DNA from: Candidatus Moraniibacteriota bacterium
GTDB taxonomy: Bacteria > Patescibacteriota > Minisyncoccia > Moranbacterales > UBA1568
Reading direction: 5' to 3'
DNA length: 64,000 nt
Assembly: GCA_016699425.1 (NCBI GenBank)
Contig: CP064975.1
Coordinates: 590,098 to 654,097 of the forward strand
Below are positions 1 to 7,605 of the stretch, piece after piece. The first letter of the stretch is position 1. Each line of letters begins with the position of its first letter. Both the position numbers and the translations under genes were made by a program. Below the pieces are notes generated by a model. The model was not told the DNA's origin. It saw only the letters and a program-made list of their open reading frames with translations, and searched no databases.

Positions 1-927
1 AGACAGGATCGCCGCGAAATACAGGAGATAGGTGAGGCCAAGCTCCGACATCTGTTTCGTCAAGGTCACGATACCCACCGGTCCGGCGATATCCATCTCT
101 GTCTTGGCCCCCGTAAACACACTTGCGATCATACCACCGAGCGCACCAAGGATTTCGGCCGTCTTCACATACGTCTGTTCGAAGCCGAGCCGAATTGCCT
201 GATACCAGGGGTACCGGACAATCGCTGTCTCAGAGAAACTGATGCCGAGTGCCCCTTCGCCTTCGGGCGTCGACACCCGCGGAGTACCGGAGAGGATTAG
301 CTCTGCGCCACCGCGCCGCACCTTCACCGAGATCTCTTGGCCGCGATGCTCACGGATATAGGTCGAGACAAAATCAAGTGTCGTGACCGGAGTCGTATCC
401 AGGGCGAGGATGATATCACCCGCCTTCAGTCCAATCTCTTCCGCTGGGGTATGCGGCTGCACCTGGAGGATCTGCACATCAGTCCGGGTATATTTCCCCC
501 GGTTCGTCGGGTCGATCTGCTCTGGGAAACCAAGCATCAACACGATGGAGAACAAGAGCCACGCAAGGAGGAAATTCATCGCGACTCCCGCACCGAGCAC
601 CTTGATCCGAGTCCACGCACTCCGACTCGCAAAGCTATCCACCTCGGCGGCGCTGTTCCGATCCTCGCCCTTGATCTTTACGAAGCCACCCAAGGGAATC
701 CAGTTGAGCGAATACACCGTATGTGGACTGACGACGTCCGTATTGCCGCGCACGAAACGATAACGGCCAGTCGCATCGTCTTTCACGACGCCGAAGATAC
801 GCGGCGGGAAACCGAAACCGAACTCGTCCGCCTTGATACCATTCATCCGAGCGACAACGAAATGACCAAGCTCATGTACGAACACGAGCACACCGAGTAC
901 CAAGGCAAAAATCAGAATCGTCAGCAT
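1..927 (-). CDS. rseP: RIP metalloprotease RseP (site-2 protease), 5'-partial in window; runs off the window start
   Basis: Reverse-strand translation from ATG (rc of 925-927) gives MLTILIFALVLGVLVFVHELGHF (HExxH), a PDZ-like middle region and C-terminal GPVGIV...LLYFAAILS. The forward ORFs 337-942 and 383-763 are spurious antisense. Confidence 0.85.
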   Translation of the reverse strand, partial: MLTILIFALVLGVLVFVHELGHFVVARMNGIKADEFGFGFPPRIFGVVKDDATGRYRFVRGNTDVVSPHTVYSLNWIPLGGFVKIKGEDRNSAAEVDSFASRSAWTRIKVLGAGVAMNFLLAWLLFSIVLMLGFPEQIDPTNRGKYTRTDVQILQVQPHTPAEEIGLKAGDIILALDTTPVTTLDFVSTYIREHRGQEISVKVRRGGAELILSGTPRVSTPEGEGALGISFSETAIVRYPWYQAIRLGFEQTYVKTAEILGALGGMIASVFTGAKTEMDIAGPVGIVTLTKQMSELGLTYLLYFAAILS

Positions 928-962
928 GATAGTAGGCAGTAAGGGTTACGAGGACAGACTCT

Positions 963-1520
963 CTACACGGTCATGATCTCTCCTTCTTTTCTCTCGCGCA
1001 CGGCTTCCAGCTTTTCATTGAACCCATCGATGACCTTCTGAAGATCATCTTTACCACGAAACTTCTCATCTTCACTGATCGTCCCTCCCTTTTCGGCCTC
1101 CTGAATCTCTTTCCAGGCTTCTTCGCGAGCATTGCGGATCGAGATGCGGGCTTCCTCAGCCCGGCTATTGAGCGTCTTGACCAACTCCCGACGCCGTTCC
1201 TCGGTCAAAGCCGGTAGTGTGATCCGAATAACGGAACCATCGTTCACCGGGTTCAGACCAAGGTCGGATTCACGAATGGCCGCCTCAACTTGGGTAAGCG
1301 CCCCCTTGTCCCAGGGTGAGATGACAATCTGCCGCGGTTCAGGAATCGAAATGCTTGCGATCTGTACGAGCGGCGTCCGCGCATTATAATACTCAACGAG
1401 GAGATTTTCGACGATCCCCGGATTAGCCCGACCGGTTCGAAGCGTCCCTGCCTCTTCGGTGAAGTGACTGAGAGCTTTCTCAAACGCTGTCTGCTGACTA
1501 TCGATGATATCTTTCACCAT
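963..1520 (-). CDS. frr: ribosome recycling factor
   Basis: 185 aa; matches the RRF family throughout (…NPVNDGSVIRITLPALTEERRRELVK…). Confidence 0.9.
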   Translation of the reverse strand: MVKDIIDSQQTAFEKALSHFTEEAGTLRTGRANPGIVENLLVEYYNARTPLVQIASISIPEPRQIVISPWDKGALTQVEAAIRESDLGLNPVNDGSVIRITLPALTEERRRELVKTLNSRAEEARISIRNAREEAWKEIQEAEKGGTISEDEKFRGKDDLQKVIDGFNEKLEAVRERKEGEIMTV

Positions 1521-1531
1521 AGGGATGATAA

Positions 1532-2695
1532 TTATTTGATCTTACGGAGACCGAGATAGAGCACTTCCGGATACACGGGATCATAGGTGATGACCGAGAC
1601 TTCGCGGTCGACATTGAGCATATTCACGGACCAAGTCTCCCCGCCATTTTGAGACTTGTACAGCGCCCGGCCCGCAACAAAGACGATCTCATTGGAGTTC
1701 TTCGGATTGATGGCAAAGGAACGCAGCTGGAATTTTTCGGCGCTTTCGATGATATTCATCTTCTCCCAGTTCTTGCCGAAATCCCGGCTCCGGTACAGCC
1801 CATTCTTGGTCCCGGCATAGACAGTCCCCGAGATATTTGGATCGGCCGCCAGCGAGGCAAACCCCTGGATAGCCACGGCGTTCGTCCCCGCGGTATTCGG
1901 ATTCTTCTTGCGCTCCTCTTGCCGGGCCTTCTCCCAATCGTCCCAGGTTTCGCCCATATCGAGCGAGACATAGACCTTTGCATTGAACGCCAGGAGGTAC
2001 ATGACATTGCGGTCCTTGGCATCGAACGCGATCGCGGTGACCGGGCCACTCACCTTGGTGCCGACATTCTTCCAAGTATCCCCGCCATCTGAGCTCTTCA
2101 CGACAGTTCCCGTACTTGTCCCAGCAAAGAGGAGATTCACATCCATCGGGTGCTCGGCCAGAGCCGGGAGTGATGACCCTGTGCCTGGTTCGCTATACAC
2201 GTCCTGCCAGGTCGTCCCACCATCCGTTGTCCGGAAAATCTTGCCGCGTTCCCCAGCGACACCGGTCGCATACATCCGGTCGACGCTCCGATGCGAAGCG
2301 ATAAAACTGTACACTTTCTGCGGCGGGAAATTCACCGGCTGCCACACTTCGGCGCCGTCTTCGGTTTTGAAAATCATGTCCTCTGCGGTCCCAACATAGA
2401 CATCGGGCGTACGACGGAGCTCTTGGGCTTTAGCCTGAGCATCATCGCGCTGCAAGAATGAGATAGCCAACACATCCGCCTTGGTGAACTTACGTTTTTC
2501 ATCGACAAAGGTCTTGGGTGCGAATGTCTTGCCACCATCATCCGATCGCCACACACTCCCCGGCAAAGCTGCCGTATCGAAAGCCGTCGTTTCCCCTCGG
2601 TCCACATTACCAATCGTGGGCGGAGTGAGACTGCAACCAGAAAGAGAGATGAGCGTAACCGAAAGGGCACCGAAACGGAGTGCTTTTTTGAGCAT
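1532..2695 (-). CDS. BNR/Asp-box repeat lipoprotein (Ycf48/sortilin-like beta-propeller)
   Basis: Lipoprotein signal (LISLSGCS); seven S/T-x-D-G-G-x-T-W Asp-box repeats (SDDGGKTF, TTDGGTTWQ, SSDGGDTWK, SQNGGETW, …). Confidence 0.7.
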   Translation of the reverse strand: MLKKALRFGALSVTLISLSGCSLTPPTIGNVDRGETTAFDTAALPGSVWRSDDGGKTFAPKTFVDEKRKFTKADVLAISFLQRDDAQAKAQELRRTPDVYVGTAEDMIFKTEDGAEVWQPVNFPPQKVYSFIASHRSVDRMYATGVAGERGKIFRTTDGGTTWQDVYSEPGTGSSLPALAEHPMDVNLLFAGTSTGTVVKSSDGGDTWKNVGTKVSGPVTAIAFDAKDRNVMYLLAFNAKVYVSLDMGETWDDWEKARQEERKKNPNTAGTNAVAIQGFASLAADPNISGTVYAGTKNGLYRSRDFGKNWEKMNIIESAEKFQLRSFAINPKNSNEIVFVAGRALYKSQNGGETWSVNMLNVDREVSVITYDPVYPEVLYLGLRKIK

Positions 2696-2808
2696 AACAA
2701 AAATATTGATTCGCCCCCATTATACCATGGCGCAAAAGACAGAAAAGCCGCCCTACAGGCGACCTATCCGAGATCTGATTGAGTAAGGCTCTGGGACAAT
2801 GTAGGAGC

Positions 2809-3099
2809 TTATTTTTTGTAATAGCTTTCCATCCACCATTTTTTTAGTAAAGGGAGAGATTGAGTGGAAAGAAAATAGCCGATCACTGGGATAAGAGCAT
2901 TTCGTAGAGGGTTTTCATTGCCGATGACTATGAACGCTCCATATGCGATCACATATGTCACCAGCATAATACTTGCAATCCTACATAGGCTCGTTTCCCA
3001 CGCCTTTTCAGCTTCTACACGAGCATTTCTTTTTTCGATTATTTCTAAGCGTTCGTCAATATTCATACAGTTGCGTGCCGAATCTTGGGACAAAGCCAA
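2809..3099 (-). CDS. small hypothetical membrane protein
   Basis: 96-aa ORF with one hydrophobic helix in an AT-rich segment; no recognisable family. Confidence 0.3.
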   Translation of the reverse strand: MALSQDSARNCMNIDERLEIIEKRNARVEAEKAWETSLCRIASIMLVTYVIAYGAFIVIGNENPLRNALIPVIGYFLSTQSLPLLKKWWMESYYKK

Positions 3100-3116
3100 A
3101 ACGCCTTATTAGAAAA

Positions 3117-3749
3117 TTAACCCCTTTCGATATAATTACGCAATTCTTCTACCGTGTCTACGATTCCTATGAGATTGTCATGTTTTTCGCGCTCAAAAAA
3201 AGTTTTGTCATGGACTCCCCACGTAACGGCTACTGTAGGCACCCCGGCAGTGTCTGCATCTCTTACATCTCCTAGTGCATCCGTCACAAACAGAGCATCC
3301 CCCATATTGATGTCATATTTTTCACCTATTAGGTTGAACTTTTCCACCTTATCCTTCGATATCTCTGCGGTAGGGATGAAATCGAACAGCGATCTTATGC
3401 CGGCGCGTTCGAGCAGGGGCAAACAATTTCTTTCGAACGCGTTTGTATTGAGCACGAGCAGATAACCCGCGCTATGCAAAGCCTTTAGAAAGTTGTCTAT
3501 TCCTTCAAACAACGGGGCTTCTTTTTTCTTCTCAGCATACGCAAGATTGCGGCGTACCACTTCTTCCTCAGTTTCCTCTTTCTTGAGGTGCGAGTATTTT
3601 TTTATCTCTTCGTGAAAATTGCCACTATGCAATTCCTTATACATTTCGCTCGTCACACCGAGATGACCCCCTAGAAAAGTTTCCTCTGCATATGGAATAG
3701 TGTCAAACAACACCCCATCCATATCAAAGATAATCACCTTTTTTCGCAT
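3117..3749 (-). CDS. HAD-superfamily hydrolase (beta-phosphoglucomutase-like)
   Basis: N-terminal motif I FDMDGVLFDT, then motifs II-IV of HAD subfamily IA. Confidence 0.75.
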   Translation of the reverse strand: MRKKVIIFDMDGVLFDTIPYAEETFLGGHLGVTSEMYKELHSGNFHEEIKKYSHLKKEETEEEVVRRNLAYAEKKKEAPLFEGIDNFLKALHSAGYLLVLNTNAFERNCLPLLERAGIRSLFDFIPTAEISKDKVEKFNLIGEKYDINMGDALFVTDALGDVRDADTAGVPTVAVTWGVHDKTFFEREKHDNLIGIVDTVEELRNYIERG

Positions 3750-3785
3750 AGTATATAATTCACTGGCTAAACTTATGGTACGAGA

Positions 3786-4406
3786 CTAGGGCTTACATTG
3801 AGCATCCGTGTCAATGGTAATACCGGAAAGGTAGTCTGCAAACGAGGCGCAATCGCTATAAACGAAGCCTTTTATACCGAGTGCAATCGCGGCGTCTACA
3901 TTGGGTTCACTGTCATCAATAAACAACGATTCTTCTGGTTTCGACTTCGCAAGATCAAGGGCGTGTAAATATATTTCTGAATCAGGCTTGACCATCCCCA
4001 CCGCCGAAGAGATTATTACCTCTGTAAAAAGACTTTTAAATTCAGGGTACTGGGTATAGACTTTTCTTTCAAAGAAAGCGTTGTTAGCGTTAGAGAGAAG
4101 AATAGTCTTGGAACCATCCCGCTTTAACTTTTTGATTATTTCTACGAGGTCCTTATCTATTGTGAGGTAGCTGTCAATTTCTCGGCGAAGTTGTGCTTTG
4201 TCTGAAATTATATTTGGGTACTGTAAGAAGTAATCAAGCATATCATCTTCAGATAAAAAACCGAGATCAAACTGCTTGAAAGTCTCTTGTAAATTCTCAT
4301 CTATAAAATCGTACTTTGTGCTGTGCTCTCTGTACCAAGTATTGAGTACGGGACTGCATACGACACCGAAGCAGTCGAAAATAAAAGTCGTGATGCGTGT
4401 AGACAT
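3786..4406 (-). CDS. HAD-superfamily hydrolase
   Basis: FIFDCFGVV (DxxG-type motif I) near the N-terminus and DD motif near the C-terminus; paralog of the upstream HAD gene. Confidence 0.65.
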   Translation of the reverse strand: MSTRITTFIFDCFGVVCSPVLNTWYREHSTKYDFIDENLQETFKQFDLGFLSEDDMLDYFLQYPNIISDKAQLRREIDSYLTIDKDLVEIIKKLKRDGSKTILLSNANNAFFERKVYTQYPEFKSLFTEVIISSAVGMVKPDSEIYLHALDLAKSKPEESLFIDDSEPNVDAAIALGIKGFVYSDCASFADYLSGITIDTDAQCKP

Positions 4407-4410
4407 ACAT

Positions 4411-4446
4411 TACTAGGTGAGAGATCGAGCTCTCGACCGTTGGCAT
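4411..4446 (-). pseudogene. degenerate tRNA-Lys 3'-half remnant
   Basis: rc reads TGCCAACGGTCGAGAGCTCGATCTCTC, versus tRNA-Lys nt 36-66 AGCCAACGGTCGAGGGTTCGATCCCCC (13-nt identical core plus TCGATC). Confidence 0.5.
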
Positions 4447-4500
4447 ACAAGCCCGCCAGTTGGCAGGCCTACTGCCTGAGGCGGGAGCGATGAATAAATT
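4447..4500 (-). repeat. GC-rich nested hairpin element flanking the tRNA-Lys 3' end
   Basis: gcccgcc-agttggcaggcctactgcctgag-gcggg: outer cccgcc/ggcggg stem with inner ggcag/ctgcc stem. Confidence 0.4.
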
Positions 4501-4576
4501 TGGTGGGTGCGGGGGGGATCGAACCCTCGACCGTTGGCTTAAAAGGCCACTGCTCTACCGACTGAGCTACGCACCC
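4501..4576 (-). tRNA. tRNA-Lys (anticodon UUU), CCA encoded
   Basis: rc is GGGTGCGTAGCTCAGTCGGTAGAGCAGTGGCCTTTTAAGCCAACGGTCGAGGGTTCGATCCCCCCCGCACCCACCA. 7-bp acceptor stem GGGTGCG/CGCACCC, D-arm GCTC-AGTCGGTA-GAGC, anticodon loop CTTTTAA, T-loop TTCGATC. Confidence 0.85.
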
Positions 4577-4812
4577 ATGTTTAGAACATTTTTTAAGAAC
4601 TTTCTCCCAGCTGCCGATTTTAGATACTTTTCTCTTTTTCTCGCTGATAGTCTATCTGACAGCTCTTCGGAGTATACTACACGCAGTCCACTCATGAAAC
4701 GCGTGGTTTTAGTACCGCCTGCTGTATGTTCCGCAAGGCGCCTTGAAAGGTCATTTGTCATGCCTTTATAAAGCTTTCCTAGACTATCTTGGAGGACATA
4801 GACAGTATACAT
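4567..4812 (-). CDS. GIY-YIG nuclease-domain protein (YhbQ/UPF0213-like, 81 aa)
   Basis: MYTVYVLQDSLGKLYKGMTNDLSRRLAEH is the GIY-YIG signature (Y-x-Y…Y-x-G…R…E). The stop TAG lies inside the first 10 nt of tRNA-Lys (…AAC ATG GGT GCG TAG = GGGTGCGTAG). Confidence 0.7.
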   Translation of the reverse strand: MYTVYVLQDSLGKLYKGMTNDLSRRLAEHTAGGTKTTRFMSGLRVVYSEELSDRLSARKREKYLKSAAGRKFLKNVLNMGA

Positions 4813-4815
4813 ACA

Positions 4816-4900
4816 ACTTTACCGACTGAGCCCCGCCCGTACCGAACGCTAGCCCGACAGACTACTGTCATTCTGGCGGGGTACGTTCGGGTGGGTACGC
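4816..4900 (-). pseudogene. tRNA-Lys 5' remnant split by a GC-rich palindromic element
   Basis: rc reads GGGTGCGTA + 64-nt insert (CCCACCCGAACGTACC…CGTTCGGTACGGGCGGG) + GCTCAGTCGGTAAAG. This duplicates tRNA-Lys nt 1-9 and 10-21 with the insert between them. Confidence 0.55.
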
Positions 4901-4959
4901 ACCCGAACATGTTCATCCAAAACACAAGCATTGTACCAAAACCACCCCTTCGGTCAATG

Positions 4960-6288
4960 CTACGCCACTTTTTTCCGAATTATATCCGTCCCGACGAATG
5001 GCTGCAGCACTTTCGGAACGCGGACATTACCATCGACATCCTGATGATTCTCGAGGATAGCGATAAGGATACGCGGAGTCGGTAGTGCTGTGTTGTTCAG
5101 CATATAGACGAACCGCTTCTCGCCGGTCTTTGCGTCGTTGTACTTCACATTGAGCCGACGCGCCTGCCAATCGAGAAAATTCGAGGCTGAACCGGTTTCT
5201 CCGTAGCGGTTCATGCCCGGCATCCACGCCTCGAGATCGAAGGCGCGATACTTACCGGCGCTCATGTCGCCCGTGCAGATCTGAATCTTGCGATACGGGA
5301 GCCCGAGCTCTTCGTGCATCTCCTGCGATAGGCCAATCATCTCTTCCTGCAGGGCATCCGAGAGATCGATATCCGCTGGTGCGATCACGACCTGCTCGAC
5401 CTTCATGAATTCATGGACACGATACATACCTTTCGTATCCTTGCCATACGAGCCGATCTCGCTCCGATAGCACTGGCTGAACCCGGCAAGACGCAGCGGC
5501 AAGACCGCTCCATCGAGCACCTCACCACTATAATACGCGAGGAGCGACGGTTCCGCCGTCCCGACGAGGAACTTCTGTTCTTTGGAAACGCGGCCATCGC
5601 TTTCCTTGTCAGTCGAAGCGATTTCGTATACCTCATCCACCGACCCGTCATATTCGAGCCCTTTGAAATAGCCGGAACCGAAGAGCGGAAAGCCCTTTAC
5701 GAGGGTTGGCGGGATCATCGGCTGATAGCCTTTGGCCGCGAGCTTCTGAAGCGCATACATCATGAGTCCCATGACGAGGGGGACCCCTTCATTCTTCACA
5801 TAGTAGCCACGGTAACCGCCGACTTTCGCCCCACGCTCGAGATCGAGGATATCAAGGTCGCGGCCAAGCTCGATATGTGTTTTCGGCGTAAAATCAAACA
5901 CTGGCTTTTCACCGGAAACATAAACCTCCTTATTTTCGGCATCGCTTTTCCCAACCGGTGTATCCGGTGAGACGATATTTGGCACCATGGCCATCAACTT
6001 ACGAAACTCGTCCTTGGTACGACGGTAAGACACATCCTTTTCCTCAAGCCTCACTTTGATCTCTTTCCCATTGGCGATGATTTCGGCTTTCTCCGTATCG
6101 CCAGCAGCCTTCTGAATCAATTCATTAAGATCATTTTTGAGCGAACGCAGCCCCTCCACTTCCTGGATGATCGAAGTATAATCGTCATGTTTAGCCAAGA
6201 GTGCATCAAGGTCGAGCGACAAATTCTTGTTCGTGATCGCTGTACGAATGGCCGCCTCATTGTCCCGGATAAATGCGATATCAAGCAT
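4960..6288 (-). CDS. serS: seryl-tRNA synthetase
   Basis: 442 aa with N-terminal coiled-coil arm; class II motifs (…GFSQCYRSE…, TGDMSAGKYRAFDLEAW) match SerRS. Confidence 0.9.
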   Translation of the reverse strand: MLDIAFIRDNEAAIRTAITNKNLSLDLDALLAKHDDYTSIIQEVEGLRSLKNDLNELIQKAAGDTEKAEIIANGKEIKVRLEEKDVSYRRTKDEFRKLMAMVPNIVSPDTPVGKSDAENKEVYVSGEKPVFDFTPKTHIELGRDLDILDLERGAKVGGYRGYYVKNEGVPLVMGLMMYALQKLAAKGYQPMIPPTLVKGFPLFGSGYFKGLEYDGSVDEVYEIASTDKESDGRVSKEQKFLVGTAEPSLLAYYSGEVLDGAVLPLRLAGFSQCYRSEIGSYGKDTKGMYRVHEFMKVEQVVIAPADIDLSDALQEEMIGLSQEMHEELGLPYRKIQICTGDMSAGKYRAFDLEAWMPGMNRYGETGSASNFLDWQARRLNVKYNDAKTGEKRFVYMLNNTALPTPRILIAILENHQDVDGNVRVPKVLQPFVGTDIIRKKVA

Positions 6289-6293
6289 ATGGG

Positions 6294-6331
6294 TAGCCTG
6301 CTAGCTTATTAGCTTTAATCTTCGTTAGCTT
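6294..6331. repeat. four direct TAGC(T/C)T hexamers upstream of serS
   Basis: tagcct (6294), tagctt (6302), tagctt (6310), tagctt (6326), all within 40 bp of the serS start. Confidence 0.3.
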
Positions 6332-6408
6332 TCTTAGGTATAAGAGATTCTCACCTAACAGCCTTCAGTGTACCGTTTTCACAAAAAACAGGAAGGATCT
6401 CATATTAC

Positions 6409-6984
6409 TCATTTGCTTTTCTCATTCTTCAGATATTCGTTCGCTTTCAAAATAAGAACGCATGTTGGGCCATGCGTGATTGCTCCAGTCATAACCATAT
6501 TCAAAACTTCTTGAAATGGCATCTTTATTAACTCTATCTGTTCCGTACCTTCTGGTAAAGCACTTCCCCCTACAACCAGTTCTCGTGCGAGAAAAAGAGC
6601 AGAGGGACAATTAACAACCGATGTGAAGGGATCAACACTGCCCAAAGGAACCCATTCAGAAGCTGTAATGCCCAGTTCTTCTTGCAGCTCGCGTTTGGCA
6701 GCAGTGAGAACATCTTCATTCTTGTCGATACCGCCACTCACCGATTCTATACTTTCCCTGTTGATTGCAAAACGAAACTCCTTGGTCAGATATACCGTTC
6801 TGTCGGAATCCATCGGCAACACAGAAACACCCGCTATCATTTCTACAATTCCGAATATGCCATCTTTCCCATCGGGGCGTATGACCTGATGTTCAGTAAC
6901 AGCGATCCACTTGTTCTTGTACTTTTCAATACTCTCTTTGATTTTCCAGGGTCCGTGAGTTCGCATATAATCAAAGTTCTTCAT
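6409..6984 (-). CDS. NUDIX hydrolase (ADP-ribose pyrophosphatase-like)
   Basis: Nudix box GGIDKNEDVLTAAKRELQEELGI (Gx5Ex7REUxEExGU). Confidence 0.85.
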   Translation of the reverse strand: MKNFDYMRTHGPWKIKESIEKYKNKWIAVTEHQVIRPDGKDGIFGIVEMIAGVSVLPMDSDRTVYLTKEFRFAINRESIESVSGGIDKNEDVLTAAKRELQEELGITASEWVPLGSVDPFTSVVNCPSALFLARELVVGGSALPEGTEQIELIKMPFQEVLNMVMTGAITHGPTCVLILKANEYLKNEKSK

Positions 6985-6999
6985 TTTTTTGTGGTCGCT

Positions 7000-7063
7000 G
7001 GTGGATTCCCCGCCTGCCGGACGGGCAGGGAACCAGGGACCCTTGCAATGTGAATGCTGTGCT
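7000..7063 (-). pseudogene. degenerate tRNA-Val-like 3' half with a GC hairpin inserted in the T-loop
   Basis: rc reads GAGCACAGCATTCACATTGCAAGGGTCCCTGGTTCC[ctgcccgtccggcaggcgggg]AATCCACCAGCGACCAC. The first 20 nt are identical to nt 22-41 of the complete tRNA-Val at 7123-7196. Confidence 0.5.
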
Positions 7064-7099
7064 CCCCGCCCGTACCGAACGCGGTACGTTCGGGCGGGT
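7064..7099. repeat. GC-rich palindromic element (second copy of the one at 4830-4900)
   Basis: ccccgcccgtaccgaacgc-ggtacgttcgggcggg. The 19-nt left arm is identical to the copy at 4831-4849; cccgcccg/cgggcggg form an 8-bp stem with an inner taccg/cggta stem. Confidence 0.6.
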
Positions 7100-7122
7100 A
7101 ACCTTTATCCCGTCACCTTTTG

Positions 7123-7196
7123 TGGATGATACTGGATTCGAACCAGTGACCCCAGCAATGTGAATGCTGTGCTCTAACCAACTGAGCTAATCATCC
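7123..7196 (-). tRNA. tRNA-Val (anticodon CAC), CCA not encoded
   Basis: rc is GGATGATTAGCTCAGTTGGTTAGAGCACAGCATTCACATTGCTGGGGTCACTGGTTCGAATCCAGTATCATCCA. Acceptor GGATGAT/ATCATCC, D-arm, anticodon stem CAGCA/TGCTG with loop TTCACAT, T-arm ACTGG-TTCGAAT-CCAGT. Flanked by the 12-bp inverted repeat cccgtcaccttt (7103-7114) / aaaggtgacggg (7201-7212). Confidence 0.8.
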
Positions 7197-7212
7197 GCCG
7201 AAAGGTGACGGG

Positions 7213-7270
7213 ACAAGCCTGAGCCCCGCCTGCAAAGCCTGTGCGTAGCACTACGGGCAGGGATGCGACC
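7213..7270 (-). pseudogene. tRNA-like 5' remnant with GC-rich hairpin insert
   Basis: rc reads GGTCGCAT-[CCCTGCCCGTAGTGCTACGCACAGGCTTTGCAGGCGGG]-GCTCAGGCTTGT. The 5' acceptor strand GGTCGCA is complementary to GCGACC at the end of the 3' remnant at 7000-7063. Confidence 0.35.
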
Positions 7271-7286
7271 ATATACAGCTCTCAAT

Positions 7287-7547
7287 TTAGCGTGTTTCCT
7301 CAGGCTTGTCTATCGCCTTTTCTCCCCAAAACCACTTGTAGATCCCATAGACCCAAATCGCCGAATAAACGATAGAGTTCAGGAAGATCCCCCACTGGTC
7401 ATGCGTGTAAGCCGTGAAAAACCAGAACGGCTGAGCGAGCAGACCCAGCACAAACCCCCATTTATTCTTCCGGGCGACGAGAAACATCGCCGAGAATCCG
7501 AAGATGGGTATACCAACCTGAGCGATCACATCGGCATTGATACTCAT
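7287..7547 (-). CDS. small Trp-rich membrane protein (PnuC-like fragment?)
   Basis: 86 aa, two or three predicted TM helices, W-rich (…KNKWGFVLGLLAQPFWFFTAYTHDQWGIFLN…). Confidence 0.4.
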   Translation of the reverse strand: MSINADVIAQVGIPIFGFSAMFLVARKNKWGFVLGLLAQPFWFFTAYTHDQWGIFLNSIVYSAIWVYGIYKWFWGEKAIDKPEETR

Positions 7548-7605
7548 AGAGCTACTCCTTCGTCTTCATCTCAGCACCAAAATATAAGACTGCACCCTGA
7601 ATTTC

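Noticed and set aside
337-942. Forward ORFs 337-942 and 383-763
   Set aside because: Antisense to a clearly recognisable RseP gene (HELGHF, PDZ, GPVGIV) on the minus strand; no family resemblance of their own.
4501-4576. Group I intron or intron-containing tRNA as the explanation for the GIY-YIG ORF next to tRNA-Lys
   Set aside because: The tRNA is uninterrupted and the ORF lies outside it, overlapping only its 5' end. No P1-P9 group I structure is evident. The remnant pattern fits insertion or duplication better than splicing.
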